Positions 34,904 to 49,020 of a DNA stretch of 64,000 nucleotides are shown piece after piece. Source of the stretch: Klebsormidium nitens (lineage: Eukaryota; Plantae; Klebsormidiophyceae); assembly GCA_000708835.1 (NCBI GenBank), contig DF237356.1, forward strand, positions 19,942 through 83,941, read 5' to 3'. Position numbers and translations under genes: made by a program. The first letter of the stretch is position 1, and each line of letters begins with the position of its first letter. The notes beneath the pieces are model-generated. The model saw nothing but the letters and a program-made list of their open reading frames with translations. It was not told the DNA's origin and did no database searches.

Positions 34904-37900
34904 ATGGGGGAAGGGGAGGGTGGCCCTGTGCACTACGAGCTTGAGGATGTCTCAAGTCAGAACGTCAAGGTGGCCTTGAATATACGACCACTCATTGCGC
35001 AGGAACAGATTGAAGGATGCAGCGAGTGCATCACTGTGATTCTTGGAGAACCACAGGTAAAGTACAGGGTTTCTATCTTGTTTCGATATGGCCTGCATTT
35101 GGTAATTGGAAGTTGGCCTTGAGTTGGCATGCGCATAATCAGTATGCATGTCGGAATGGTTGATTGCTTTGAAATCAAACGGCGGGGAGCCTGGTGAAAG
35201 TAGGACTGCACAATTTTCGGTGCTTGGCAGCAATCGACTTTCAAGTAGTGTCCACGTGTATTTTGCACACCGAAGCAAAAAGCTCGGTGACGATCAAGCG
35301 GTGTTCTTCGCAGCTGCCACTTTGTGCCAAGTTTATAAGACTAGACCTCCAAGAAAGTCAGAAGTTGCTTTTCTGAGAGGGTTTTTTGGACTAAAGCTAG
35401 ACATCACCCCAATCTGTCCCAATGACCTCATGGCTTCTCTTCTTTCAGGTGCAACTTGGCCCAGAGCGAGTGTTCACTTATGACTCTGTCTACGGATCTC
35501 TCGGGAAGCCTTTAAGCTACCTCTTTAAAGATTGTGTTGCGCCACTGGTGGAAGGGTTATTCGGGGGATATAATGGCACCGTGCTTGCGTACGGGCAGAC
35601 AGGTTAGTAAAAAGGGTTTCGTAGTGAGTGCGGAGCGCAGCATCCACCTCAGTGGTTGTAATTGGCAAGACTGTGATCCAAGCATTTGGCAAGGTACATT
35701 GTCAGTGACGCTTGTGTGTGGCAATAAATTGCCCCACTGCAACAGAAGCCAACCAGTTCAAGATGCAAGATGCTTGAGAAAATTCTTCAGCTTGGGCTTA
35801 CTGCTAGCTTTCACCATCACCAGGCCCTTTTCTCAACTAAGTGGCAAGGACCTTCCTGCAGGGTCTGGTAAAACCTACACGATGGGGAGCGGTTACACTG
35901 TCGGTGGAAGCAACAGCGGCGTCATCCCGCAGGCCATGAAAATGCTGTTTGAATTGGTGGAAAGCAAGAAAGGAAAGGCAGAGTTTCAAATCAGAGTTTC
36001 CTACATTGAGGTAAGCTTGGTATCTGGAAGATGAAGAATCGTTTTAATTCAAGAAATGAAACCGGACATGAGGTTGTTGCAACGCACTCACCGGCTGTCA
36101 ATCAGAATAGCCTCTCCTACCAGTTTCTAGTACATCCTTACCGAAGGGACAGACTGTCGCAAAAGAAACGCTTTCAAACAAAAGATCCGCTCAGTGCTTG
36201 TCGAATCCTGATGTCATCAAACTCTTCCAAATCCAATATTTTCTCAAGCCGGCAGAGTTTATCGGCTCTGCCACAACAGAACGTCTTTCACGAAATCATA
36301 AGAGACGAGCCCCAGCTGCAGCGGATGGCCAGCCAACAACTTCGCGAACAAGAAGCTCCTGGCCCAACATCTCCTTCTTGCAATCACAGATACACAAGGA
36401 GGACGTCAGAGACCTGCTGGACCTGGTGTCTAACATCCAGCCATCCAGCAAGGCCCCCTCGGCCCCCGCTGTTCCGTCCTGCAAAGCCCCTATCTCAATC
36501 CGCGAAACCAGTGATGGAGGGATCACCCTAGCTGGGGTAACAGAAATGGACGTCCGCTCGATCGCTGAGATGGCGGCCTGCTTGGAGCAGGGGTCGCTGT
36601 GCAGAGCCACTGGGAGCACAAGCATGAACAGCCACTCGAGGTGAGCGAGTCCCTAGGATGTGACTGGCCCCTCCATGACGTTCCTTCTTGTCATTTCAAT
36701 GAAGAGTTTCGAGGGGTCATTCTAGGGGCGTCGAACTGCCAGATACCGAGGACGGGCTTCCGTTGCCTAGTCAGGACCCCACCTTAGATATTTCTCACTT
36801 TGGTCGATGGGGTCAATGCTGAACATGCGTCATTTGTCACCGTTGATCTGGGGTGTAGCCATGCACTTTCGAGTTAGTAGCACCGAAGGCCAGATTTTAT
36901 GTCCTCGAGCTCTCTCGAGTCGAATGCAGCTCGCAACCTATTGTTCTTTAAGTGCGTATGGATTTTCCAAAAGCGGACATAATTCTCGGTTCATTGATGA
37001 AACTTTCCCAATTCATCTCGCCTGGAACATTCTCTTCGAGGTCGACCGACAGTGCTCTTGTGTCCTGCAGCCGCTCGCACGCTATCTTCACGATTACACT
37101 GGAGCAGCGTCAGAAACTGGGAGCCGGTGACCTTGCCTCCAGTTCCAGTCCCGTGGTCGACGAAGACCACCTATGTGCAAAGCTGCACCTTGTAGACCTG
37201 GCAGGCTCGGAACGGGCCAAGAGGACGAAGGCAGATGGGCAAAGGTTGCAGGAAGGTATGCAAAGAGCTGACACTGTGAAGGGCCTGCAGGCCAGTTTGC
37301 TTGCTTTTCAATGCTCGAAGGAAGATCCGAATCCGACTCTCTCAACTGATGACCAAGTTGTTGTCGCATTTCTGGACGGCAATATCCAGGTCATATTACA
37401 CACGAATTGAGTACTCAATGGCCTCTCAAAGGCGTTAAGCAAAGCCTTCTTGTACGTCATGCAGGCATACACATCAACAAAGGGCTGCTTGCCCTGGGCA
37501 ACGTCATCAGTGCCCTCGGGGACGAGAAGAAGCGAAAGGAGGGAGGGCACGTGCCATACCGCGACAGCAAGCTGACTCGGCTGCTGCAAGACTCGCTAGG
37601 AGGAAATAGTCGGACGGTCATGATCGGTGAGATATATTCTCTTTCCTTGTTTGACACTGCAAGGTTGAGTAACTTAGAGCAATCGGGCTACACGATGGCG
37701 TTTGCTTCCAGTTCTCGCAAAACCAGCTGATTTGGGTACAAATTCCTCATTAGATTGCCTTATCCTTGGAAACTTTTATTCAGTCAGGGAGGTGATCCTC
37801 CCCCAAACGTTTCTCTCCTCAGGAAGAATTTCAGACTGCAAAGATTGTCTTTGTCAAGGCTCCTGACTTTTGAACATTCTGGAACCGTGCTTTGCTTGGT

Positions 37901-40900
37901 TCTGGCTCATATCAGCCTGTCCATTGTGCGCGCAGCATGCGTCAGCCCGGCAGACGTCAATCTGGACGAGACGCTCAACACGCTCAAGTACGCCAACCGG
38001 GCTCGCAACATCAAGAACAAGCCTGTGGTAAGTACGCTCGTTGGGAGACTCAGCTTATCCAACTGCTCCGAGTCTGAAGGGCCAGCTACTTGTTCACAAG
38101 CAAGGTTCTGTTTTCATGTCTCTATAGCTATCTGCTGATAGATGTCTCTCGTCCTCTTGTTAGTCTATTGACACACGGTTTTGTCTTCCCTTTTGCTTTC
38201 CGGGCTTTCATTCCGGGGGAATACTCTACTTGGCTCCTTTTCTTTCCATTCCAACAAATACTTTACTTTTCATCTGTTGGTGTGACGAGTATCAGCGGGA
38301 TTTCTGGTTTCTCATCATCTCAGGTAAACCGAGACGCATCGTCAGCCGAGGTGGCCCGGCTCCGGCAGCAGCTGCAGCTCATTCAAGCGGAGCTCTTCTG
38401 CTCCCAGGCCGCTGGCGGGGGCGACTCGCAGGTAAGCCACAGCTCGACCTCTAGACGTAGGATTTGAAGTCCTTGCCATCTTCTCGTCCAAGAAATTCTT
38501 CGCACTACTTGACAACGGCACCCGCGAAGATGCGCTTCTGCTATGATATTTCAAGTGAAGGACTTGAAAGGCTCTTGTGATGGCTTTCAGTCCGCCCGGA
38601 TGTCTGCACAACCAGCCCGCTAAATGATTGCCATGCAACATTGACCATGCTCCCTTGCACGAGTATGTTTACTGATTTCTCATTAGCACGAGGTCTTCAG
38701 AAGCACGAGGTTTTAGGGTCAATGGGAACGCGGTTTGAGGAAATTTCGAACCTATGAACGGTCTCACGGTTTCCGTCCGACTCCACAGGCACTCCGGCAG
38801 CACATCAGTCAACTAGAGACGGACAATGCAAAGCTCCGCTGTGACGTACGGATGGCGCAGCTGGCCACTAAAGCAGCAGAAGCGAAGGTGTCGGATGCGC
38901 AGACGGAGCGCGACCGCGTCCGGCTGCAGCTCGAGGCCTTGCAAAATGGGGGCTCCGTGGAGGATGCTGAAAAGGTAAAAGAATGAAACGGTCTCGCTGC
39001 TCGACGTCCAGTAAAGGCGTTCGTGCGTCCGCGGTAGTGGAGGAAGCGCAAACAAACTCTGCATGATTGTCAACCTCTTTGGCGACAACGAGAGGAGCCG
39101 TGGCTTTCGATGCTTGATGCACGACTGGTGTTGGCAATCCTGTGGCGCTCAGGATTTGTGAGCTGAACAGTTTTCGGACTTCTCTACAGGAGCGTCCAGA
39201 ATGTGAATCGTCCTTAAGCTCTCTCGTAGATCACCTCCCCTCGTATTCTGTCTAGCATTGAACCTGTAACGGATTCTTTGTCCATCAGTGCAAACCAAAT
39301 CCTCTGTGGAGAGCCATCTGGTGCCCATCCGGCAACTCACTATCGTCCTCCATCAAAGATATGCAAAGGAAACTCTCCCCGAGAAAGCGGCCATAGCCGG
39401 TTGTCCCCAAACCCAACTCGTGAATCACCTCCCCCCACAATATGGTTAAATCTAAACCTCACCCCGCAGACCATGTCCGTTGTGGAGGGCCACCTGGCGA
39501 CCATCCGGCACCTCGAGGCGCAGCTCCAGGACGTGAGGCTCCGGCAGGGGTCCCGCCCCAGTTCCGCCGTTCCGGGCCGCACCTTTTCCGTTCCGGCCTC
39601 GTTCGACACCGACAGCCCCACCGGCTTGGCGACGCCCCCTACTGGACTGGCGGGAGAGAACGATAGCCCGATGCCGGGAGAGACACGTGAGTAGTGTAAA
39701 TGAATGCGGCTTTATACAGATCTATTTTGTAGTAAGGATCGGCACCGCGCCTGTCTGCCTGTTGACTAAGGCGACTAAGGTAGGGTCTTGTCAATGTGAA
39801 GTCCTGCACATCGTGGGGCGCAAGTCGATCAACTCTTGACGCTTATGAGTAGCTCTCCATTCTAGGCACTCGTCGTTGAAGCATAAATGTATGCTCCTGA
39901 GACGCAAACCTCTGCGTCAAAAACTTAGGTACTGGTCGAAAAGAAACGCCCTCGCGGAGCTCACTTCCAATGCACCGGCCGTGAAACCTTCTTCATTTTT
40001 TTGGGGAGTCTGGTCGAAACCCGTTTTGCCATCCTTGCAGCTTCGTGTCTCAACTCAACGATGGCTGGCCCACTCCGTTTTTCGTCTTGCAGTCGAAGAG
40101 TGCGCTGCTCGGGAAGAAGCGGAAGCCCTAGCGGAGGCGAAAGGGTGGGAGCATCGACTGGCCCAAGAGAGAATGGACCAAGAGCTGCAGGACCTAAACA
40201 GGAAGCTCGAGGAAAAAGAGGTAGGATAGACCGGCAACTTTGATCTAAAATCTGCAGAATCAGATGTGTCTCGTTCGGCAACGTCTGGATAGGATATAAG
40301 CTTGAGCTCCGGTTCGCGACACCCAAGACCCTGCTTTCCGGACCCTTCGACCGTATTAACGACGTCGAAGGTCTTCTCGCTCGCGCCTGCAAAATTTACA
40401 TCCGATGAGAGAATCATTTGTTTGTAGACACTACTTTCTTGTTCAGGGAGCGCGTCAAAAGAACCCACTTCATCTGCTAACCCTTCCGCCTTTAAGCAGC
40501 CTGGGGCACCGCAGACCGCAACCATCGAGGTGGAAAGTATGCTTGATCAGCCGCGGTCGACACTTATTTTAAACCAAATCGGCCCGGCTGTCTTAATCTC
40601 GTCTACTTTGGTACAGGCACAAATGACTCGGGCAGCGTCTAGCGACCAGCGAATGCTGACTTTGAAGGCCCACTACGAGCGTGTGCTGAAGGAGATGGAA
40701 GAGGAACGGCAGACCCTTCAGGTACTTTGTAAGAGGACTTTGGTTGTCGTACAGCAATGTCTGGAAATTGACTCAGAATAAGGTGATGTGGAACTTTTTG
40801 CTCGTAAGGCGCCCCTCAGTGATGGACCGGATTGTACGGGTTGACTATTGAAACTAAGATGCATTCCAAAATGCTAGTCATGCGTATTTTCTCTGCAAGC

Positions 40901-43900
40901 ACCCTGGTGAGTACTTAAGCATTGACGTTTATTCCTGCAGGGTGAAAGGGACCGCTTGATGGCTTCCTTAGACTCGATGGCTGGCAAGAGCGACATTGAG
41001 AACACCAAGCTGAAAGAAACCTACAGGGGCAAAATCAAGCTGCTGGAGGAACAGGTGGGGGGCATCGCTCCTCGACTTGTTTTGCTGGCGGAGTTCTATC
41101 CAGTCGTACTGCTGCTTTAATCTGCTTTCTGAATTGTCCGGCTTTCTGGATATCGTTTCTCGCCCTGCGTCCTGCTTGAATCGTTGCTGGCGTTCTGGTC
41201 GTCTTCAGCCCGATTCTCGCTTTTAGAGACCACTTTCTCGCTGTCGTCTGGAAATTTTTCCTATCCGCAAGTGGATTGCTTCAGATTGCTCCCTGTCCGA
41301 CGCATAGGGTTTGTGGCATCGCTGCGCGCAATGGGTAAATTCCCTCAGAGTTGTTGCACTGTCCTGCTTTCAATTTTGCTGCTTAACTAACCGTACTCTC
41401 CCCCCCTCGCCCACAGCTGTCCGAGTTGAAGCGCAAGCAGGCCGCCAGCGGGCAGCTCCTGCGTCTCAAGCAGCGCAGCGACGAGTCCGCGAAGCGGCTC
41501 CAAGAAGAGATCCAGCGCATCAAGTCGCAAAAGGTGGCGCTACAGCGCAAGATGAAAGTAGAAAGCGACCAGTTCCAGAACTGGCGTGCCGCGCACGAGA
41601 AAGAGCTGGGGCAGCTGCGCAAGGCGGGCCGGCGCAACGAGTTTGAGATGCACAAGCTGCAGGCGTTGCACCAGAGGCAGCAAAAGGTGCGCGGCGCGGG
41701 ATATCTGGAATCGTCCTTTCGAACGATGTTGCAGAAATGCCGACAAGCATTGTGTCCCTGATATTAAGTGATTGACGTGCTGAACCCCTGAGCTGAAATG
41801 GTAGAAGGCCTATACTTACTCGTGCAACGACGATTGCTCCACACGGCCACGGGGGCTTTCGGACGACTTTCCTACTTTCTGTCGTACGAGGAGGTTTTTC
41901 TTTCTCAACCTGAATGTCAAATTGACATCAAAGCCGCCTTGAAGTTGTACTCTTTTGCAGCTTAAAGCTGGTCTGTGTCAGAAAGGTCGCTGCATGTAAC
42001 ACTGCTGCAGCATTTTGGGCTGTTTCCGCGTTTGGACGATGCTTGTCGTCGCGTCCGTACGCTGACATAATTCTTACACTAGGACTTGGGCAGCACAGGA
42101 CGAAGAGCAACCTCTCCGCTAAATGTGAACGTCATCAACCACTGCAGGTGCTCCAGCGGAAGACGGAAGAGGCCGCGGTGGCGACCAAGCGGCTGAAGGA
42201 AGTGCTTGCCGCACGCAAACTGCTCCCCAAGGACCCGCAGCCCCAGCAAACAGGCAAGTGGCCTTCTGGTCGGCCGCGTGGGACTCGTACTTCCTTCATT
42301 TGTCTTGATAACTCCATAATCTGGAAGCAAGTGCGACGCTTCCCAGCCTGACGATTGCAGTCAGATAAGACTCTCGAAATCTCAAAGGACTCCCTCCTCC
42401 TATAGAGTACTTCGTTCCTTCCGATCTCACGTGTCAACCGCGCCCTTCGGCCGTTCTGGAATCCTGTGCTCCAAATCCTCCTACTCTTGTTTCTCTTTGA
42501 GAAGTGAAGACCCTGTTAGCTCAGCTTTTATCCACTTCGTTAGTGACGTCACCCTCCCGTCACTGCCAGGTGGCGCGCTCGCGGGCAAGTCGTCCGAGGC
42601 CGTCGAGCGGCAGCTCAAGGCGTGGCTGGAGCGCGAGATCGAGGTCTACGTCCGAGTCCAGGACGTCCGAAACGCGCTGCAGCGCGAGGTCGTCCGTAGG
42701 AAAGAGATTGCGCACCAGCTTGCGGCACTGCGGGACGGGGAGCCGCCGGTAACTAGCAGCGGCGTGTTTTCGCCGCGCAAGAACGCGGCCAAGCTGGCGT
42801 CGCTGCAGGCGGAGGTGGCGGCGCGGTCCGCGAGCATCGCGGAGCTGCAGGTAAGGAGAGCGTCCAGTTGGTTCGTACCATCAATTGTGGCATTCATGTC
42901 GACCGAGTGACCTGTCACTGCCCTTTAGGGGCCGCACCGAGACTTCATACCCTTGCGAACGTGGAGTTGTGTTGGCTTCTTGTTTGGACAGGGGTTTCGA
43001 TGCCGTCGTTTCTTGCTGCGAACACGAAGGACGACTTCTCCGCTGTGTCAACAAAAGGGTTTCATTGAGCATCTCGCGGCAGCGACGGATCAAGTGCAAA
43101 GCAATCAAGAGCTACTACACCGTACGTCCCCTCCAGGGATTGTTCTTATATTCTGGTAGATGTTCTTGCATTCAGGGAAATCTTCGTTCTTGCGGAATGG
43201 GCATGTAACTCTTTTTGGGATTCTTAAGTAAGGTGTTTGTCGCCCCTGCAGGCGCAACTGCTGTCGGTGGAGGAGAGTCAGAAGGGCCTCTCCAACCCCG
43301 CCCACCGCTGGCTGCACGTGCGCTCGATGCCGGAGGCGCGGACTCTGCTCAACATCATGTTTGCCGCCACGACCGACTCCAGGTAAGGGTCCAGAGAAGG
43401 GCGGGTTTTCCAGGGTTTGTACACGCCTAACAATGATGAGGAACATTGACTAGGTGAAGGCTATATGACTTACTTTTACCAGTCGTGGCACTTGTGCCGG
43501 CAGGCAAGCCATTTACATTTCGCGTCGAAGCTTCTGCTTTTACGCCCTGTTTAAAGCGGGTTCGCTACTAGTAAGCATTAGACCCTCGTTACGATCGTCC
43601 TTGCTTTTGTTCGACGGCAAGTCGATCCATCAGAAAGCAGAAAGTTCTGACGTTTGTGTTTAGTGCGTGGGGCTAAGGTCGCTCCCACCTTCGTAAAAGT
43701 ATCAGCTTATTCTTGCTAGATGTCTAGCAAACAGACTCGATGGATGCTCGCCGCAGAGCATCGAAGAAGGGCGTTTCCAGTCTCGGCAGAGAGCATGGAG
43801 ATTTCTTTGCGCAGTGATCAACATGCCGACATCGCTTTGCAGGTGTCAGCTCCAGTCTTTACACGGCGACTTGGAGTACATGCACGAGCAGGTGGCGCAG

Positions 43901-46764
43901 TACGAAGTGGACCTGCGGTCCGCTCAGGAGGATCTGCGCCGGCGGAGAGTCCAGGAGACCGCGGTAAGCAGTGTCAATGCACCTCTCAGTATTACCACAG
44001 GATTGGCATTCTGACATTTTCTGCGCTTTGAGAGGCAAGGACGTCTGCTTCGGTGACATCAAATGCTCTCGGATCCTTTTGGAACTGGGACGTAGCATTA
44101 TGTAGCCGCTCTCTCAACGATAGGTGACCGCTTTGTTTTCAGCGGTCGTAGCCCGAGGTCAACATTGAAATCTTTATTCATGAGGCACTCCCGTCAAAAA
44201 GTGCCTTTAGAACATACTGGAGACGCGCGTGCGAAATCGAGCAAAGTGGACGCTGAGCCGTGTAAGCCGTCTCCTTTCCGCAGACAAAGCTGGCCATCAA
44301 GGAATGCTTCCAAAAGAGTCCCGGCACCGGTCTCGCCAAGGGCCTCGAGCAACTAGAGCGCGGCTTCCAAACCCTAAACCCCGCGCGCCCCAAACGGCGC
44401 CTGAGCAGCCTCTCCCCTATCGGCCGCATGCCTCTCGCGGCCGCGCCTGCGCCCGACGCGGCTCTCCCAAACCCCGAGGAGGGTTTGGAGGGCGTCAAGG
44501 CGACGGCCTCCGGCTACCTGGCGCGCAGGATGGGGCCACGTGGCGACTCGGACGGCGGCGATTGCGACATGGAGACGGACACGGACGGCGGGGAGGACAG
44601 CGGCGCGGAGGACTACGACGACCCGAACGACGAGGAGTACGTCCCGGGCCTGTCGCCAGCCCTGCCCGCGTATCGACGTCGAAGGGGCGCCTCGAACGGC
44701 GGCCGGCGGAGCAACCTGTCCGCCGGGAGCTCCGCCGAGCTGCAACTAGGCACGGCGGACAGTTTGGACGCGCCGGGGGGGAAGAAGAAGCGGCCGCAAA
44801 GTGGAAAACGGAGGGCCCCGTCGGAGCCGGGTGGGCTGGGTGGAGACTCTCTGGAAGGTGCGGAAGGGCCGTCTGACGGGGCCTCGGAAGGATGCCAGTG
44901 CACGGGGATGTGTAAAAGAAAGTGCGCGTGCAGGGCCGCCGGCGGCGAGTGTGGGCCGCACTGCGGGTGCTCCGTGGCGCGCTGCGCGAACAGACACGGG
45001 GCTGAGGAAGGTAAGAGCGCGTTCATTCCTGTCGGCGTCACTTTCGGTTGCTTTCGGAGCAAGGACAGCCGCCCTTATATGGGCATTCGTCACTGCCGCG
45101 TCTGGAAAAATGTCATCGGTGTACGGTTCGACGCCCATTGTTTTACTGGCCGTCCTCCACTGGAGGCGAGATCTCTTGTCACTCTGCAGTCTCCTTCCTG
45201 ATAACACGGCAACTGGCGTGGCTTGACACGCGCGTTTCAAGCACAGCCTGCGAACGGCCAACCTTTGGCTTTGCAACCCCTCCACTCAGATCATTCCGCT
45301 TTCCGCTGCAGGCGACGTCGATCCGGCCGCGAACGTGGCCGCCATCACCATGGACCTCGCCGAAGCGATGGAGACCGTTGAACTCGAAGCCGCGCTTCTC
45401 CTCGGCGGCAACCAAACCTCCCCCGAAACCCTCGAACCCTCCAGAACCCTCAGCCCCGAAACCCCTCCCGTGACGCGCGACGAGCCGGCCGCGACTTCGG
45501 ATGGCGGCAAGAGCCGCGCGTCGGCGAAGGTGGAGGAGGCACGTGCCTTGCTGGCGCGCCACGGGGCGAAGCTGACGCAAGCATGGCTGGAGGGCGCGAA
45601 GGGCGGGGCGGCGAAGCGCCAACCGCTGGGCGCGATTGACAAGAACCAGGTGAGCCACTCGCTGCTTTCGAATTTTTTGAGTGGGGCGGTCGGCGCAGCG
45701 AAGGTCTTCTGGCGACGCAAGCAGTGCGATGGTACGGTTGAAGCAGAGCTGGAAAGAAAACTCTGGAGGGTCCGAGGTCCGTTGCAGCAGCAGAAGAAGT
45801 CGCTGAAACGCATACCTGCGGTTCCTGCTCCCTTTCTTGGTCCTTTTCGCCTTTTGATCACATAGAGTTTCTCGTCTTGAACGAAGACATGGACCGCAGT
45901 AGAGTACACGGACATTTCACCCACTGCTGCCTCTTCCCGGAATGTCATTGCCATCTGCTGGGAGGAAGAAGCCTGGGCCGACTTATATTAGAATGCCAAG
46001 AAGGTGGCGGTGCATACCCAGGGGATGACACGCGGGAAGCGGTCTCGGATACTCTTCCATTTCCATTATTCGAATCCGCTGAGTTCCGCTCCGTGCAGAT
46101 GACTCAGGCCGCGCGACTTGGCGCCGCGAAGCAGAAGCGGCGACTGTACCAGCAGACACTGCCCAACCCCCTTACGGCCCCCAACAGCGAAAGCCCTCCC
46201 ACCGAGGCGCCTCCCGTTACGGGGCGCCAATCCCCATCTGAATCTCAGAACGGTTTGGGCGCACAGAATCAGACTGCAGTAGACGCGCGGTCCAACCGTC
46301 CCCGATCAGCGAATGCCCACGTGACTGTTTCTAGTTCCAGCGGACACCGGACAGCAACCGCACCCCCTGACGGTCCACAATCGGGCGACGGGCCCCTAGG
46401 AGAGAGCAGCCCCAACGTCGCCCACTGGGGCTCTGGTAGCCAAGCGCCAAGTGGCGCTGTTCCCGGCGACCGGAGGAAGCGTTCCGGGTCTTTTACTGGT
46501 CTGCAGCAAGTCGCCGACATCCTCGGCCCGCAGTCCGAGACGCCTTCCGGACGGCGGATTTCGGGCAGTCTGACTCACACCGTGTCACCCGCGCCGCAAG
46601 TTTCTGACCAGTCAGAGGCAAGGGATCCCCCGAAGCAGTCAAAAGAGCGTGTGAAGAGCCCGGGGAAAGGAGGCAAGGCGGGGAAGCACAGACGGGCGCC
46701 CAGCAGGGGAGATGGGGAGATGAGGGTGGGTGGACATGTAGACAAGGAGAATTACAGGTTATGA
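34904..46764 (+). CDS. KIN4: Kinesin-4 (chromokinesin/KIF4, FRA1/KIN4C-like) with Cys-rich domain, 21 exons, ~1547 aa
   Basis: Exons 34904-35056, 35449-35602, 35862-36010, 36390-36640, 37071-37255, 37465-37626, 37936-38027, 38324-38431, 38789-38974, 39470-39686, 40093-40220, 40617-40721, 40941-41054, 41417-41686, 42148-42253 (GC donor), 42570-42850, 43252-43382, 43843-43963, 44284-45010, 45312-45649, 46099-46764 total 4644 nt in phase. Motifs: [66 protein letters not shown]; kinesin-4 stalk; [34 protein letters not shown]. Confidence 0.95.
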
Positions 46765-48535
46765 GGATCCAGGACGGCTTAAAGATGACCAGGTGACGAA
46801 GTGCGTTGTCTTTAATGGCAGCTTGTTTCTGAGGATTTTCAGAGCTTCAAATTGATTGAATTCTTTGGATCCTGGCAAGAGGACCTTATCAGATTCGATG
46901 GAACGACAGGCCAAAGAAAAGCTACGATAGCCGACTGAACTTATCGAAGTGAAAGTTATCTTCTTCCATCTGCATCCTAGAAAATACAATTTTGTGTCCT
47001 GGAACGAGGAACACAATCTGTGGACGAGAGTGTTCAAACCATGCAGGCACTCGGATGGTCGATATTATTAGCCTCTCTCTCATAACGCTCACGATCAAGC
47101 CACGTGCATTCCCTGTCAGTCTTGCATACACACATGCTCAAAGTGTGCTGCAGTAATCAATTTGGCCGCGAAAATTTGGTGGATGTCGAGAGGCTAATGC
47201 AGTTCAGAAGTTGTCCTTTGAAAGCAATACTCACATTTGATAGGTGCAGTGTCCGCATACTGTCTTCGCCAATGCATATGCACATGACGCGGCCACAATG
47301 AAGGATGCCTGAAACTTAATATCTCCATACTACAGCTGATCGTTGTTGGCGGTTGACTTGCATGTCTCAGAATCACGTCTTTTGCAGCTTCTTGAAGATC
47401 GGACTCATCCCACTTGCTTGAGGGCGTTAAATGACGTGTACTACACCACAGATGCGATGTGTTTCATACAGAGGTACGTGGCGACCGCCTGTGTTAGGCG
47501 TTAATGTTGGGGTAGATCCAACGTCATATCGTTCGCAAATGGCGATAATCCGGGCTGCGGCCTCTCAATGTGTAGGATATACTAATGAATCTTGAACCAG
47601 GCATGAAAATTGTTGTTTCCAACAGCAGGCAGGCTAACGTCTGACGGTATAGTTCACACGGTTGAACTACAAAGCGTGTCAGCAGGTCAGTAGATCTTTC
47701 TGATATCGAAGCCTCCGGTATCCATTGTCCATGGCGGAGATGACGCCTTGGTTTGATCAGGTATAGGACCGCATGTCATGCGATTATATGCCCTCTGCAT
47801 CGATTGTCTTTGTCAATCACAAGTCCCATATGTCACTACTAGAACCTTGAATGGATGTCGGGTTACTCACATTCCAAACACCTGGAATGGTTTCTTTCTT
47901 GTGTGACGTGTCACCATTCTGGACGGCATGGAACTGTTTCGCTGTGCATGGAGCAAAGGCCCGGATTCCGAGCAAGTTCAGCTTTCAGCCAATACTTTAC
48001 AGAACTTTATGAATTTAACTTGCTGTATACATACTGCATGCCCGCTTCTGACTATCGGCTGCAATATGGGCAAGAGTTCTTGACCATCTGAATGGACTCA
48101 GCAGCGGATGAGTTCGCAATCCGTATCCAACAACCTTGAGTACCTATAATGATGGTCTTCATTGCGTTGGGCAATCGATCATTCAATGCAAGAACTCTCG
48201 TTTTTGGTCAGGCTACCTTTGTTGTGAGTCCGCTTCTGGGCGAACGTACGCTCATCGGAAGAAGAGCTGAGCACACCTTTTGCACCGGACCGCTGTTGCT
48301 GGTACCACTCGATATAAGCAAGGCAGAATGCACGAGCCATGTAGAAGTCCGTTGGAAAACTTTATATCCTATATCTGATGTCAGATTCCATGATCAAGCT
48401 TGATCATTAAAGACGGGCCGGCAGCTGTTGAGCCGCGTTGTAAAGAGACTTGAGAGCCGTTGACAGGTAGGGATACCTATTACTGAACGCCTCGACGACC
48501 TCGAGTAAGCCGGATCAGGGCCCGGCCCCTTACTG
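46089..48535 (+). repeat. Segmental direct repeat, copy 1 (kinesin last exon plus ~1.8 kb of 3' flank)
   Basis: Colinear similarity to 52709-55562, from CTCCGTGCAG|ATGACTCAGGCC through CCTCGAC[G/A]ACCTCGAGTAAGC..GCCCGGCCC. It is high across the exon and clearly lower in the flank. Confidence 0.9.
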
Positions 48536-49020
48536 CTATTCTTTTAGAACGGGGTTGAGTGCGGTAGTGCGGTTCGATTTCAGACTTTGCAATCGTATGC
48601 TGAACTGGCAGATTTCTTGAATTTGCTTGCCTTGAGCATGAAGTCCTAACGGTCTTGCGCCTGTCGACTCGGTTATATAGATCACATATGATACACATGT
48701 CGGCTGCGCGGAGCGGGTCCAAATTATTGTTGCTCCATAATAGGGTAGCTAAGCGAGAATAGGATCGTACATAATCCAGGAAACACATCAATTGGTATCT
48801 CAGGAGGCAATGGCCTCAGAATAAAAATGCAGAAGGAGATTTGGAATGCTCTATGCATGCGAGCTTAGTTGCTCGGAGTGACGTCATGATACTTCAGATA
48901 TAGACCAAAACACACGCCCCTCTTCTTGATTGCTAAGACCTGAGTGGAAAACCAAACGGGGAAAAGGGTTTCGTTCGTTCGACTTTCAGCCCTTCATCCG
49001 TCCGTTAGGACTCTCATTCC

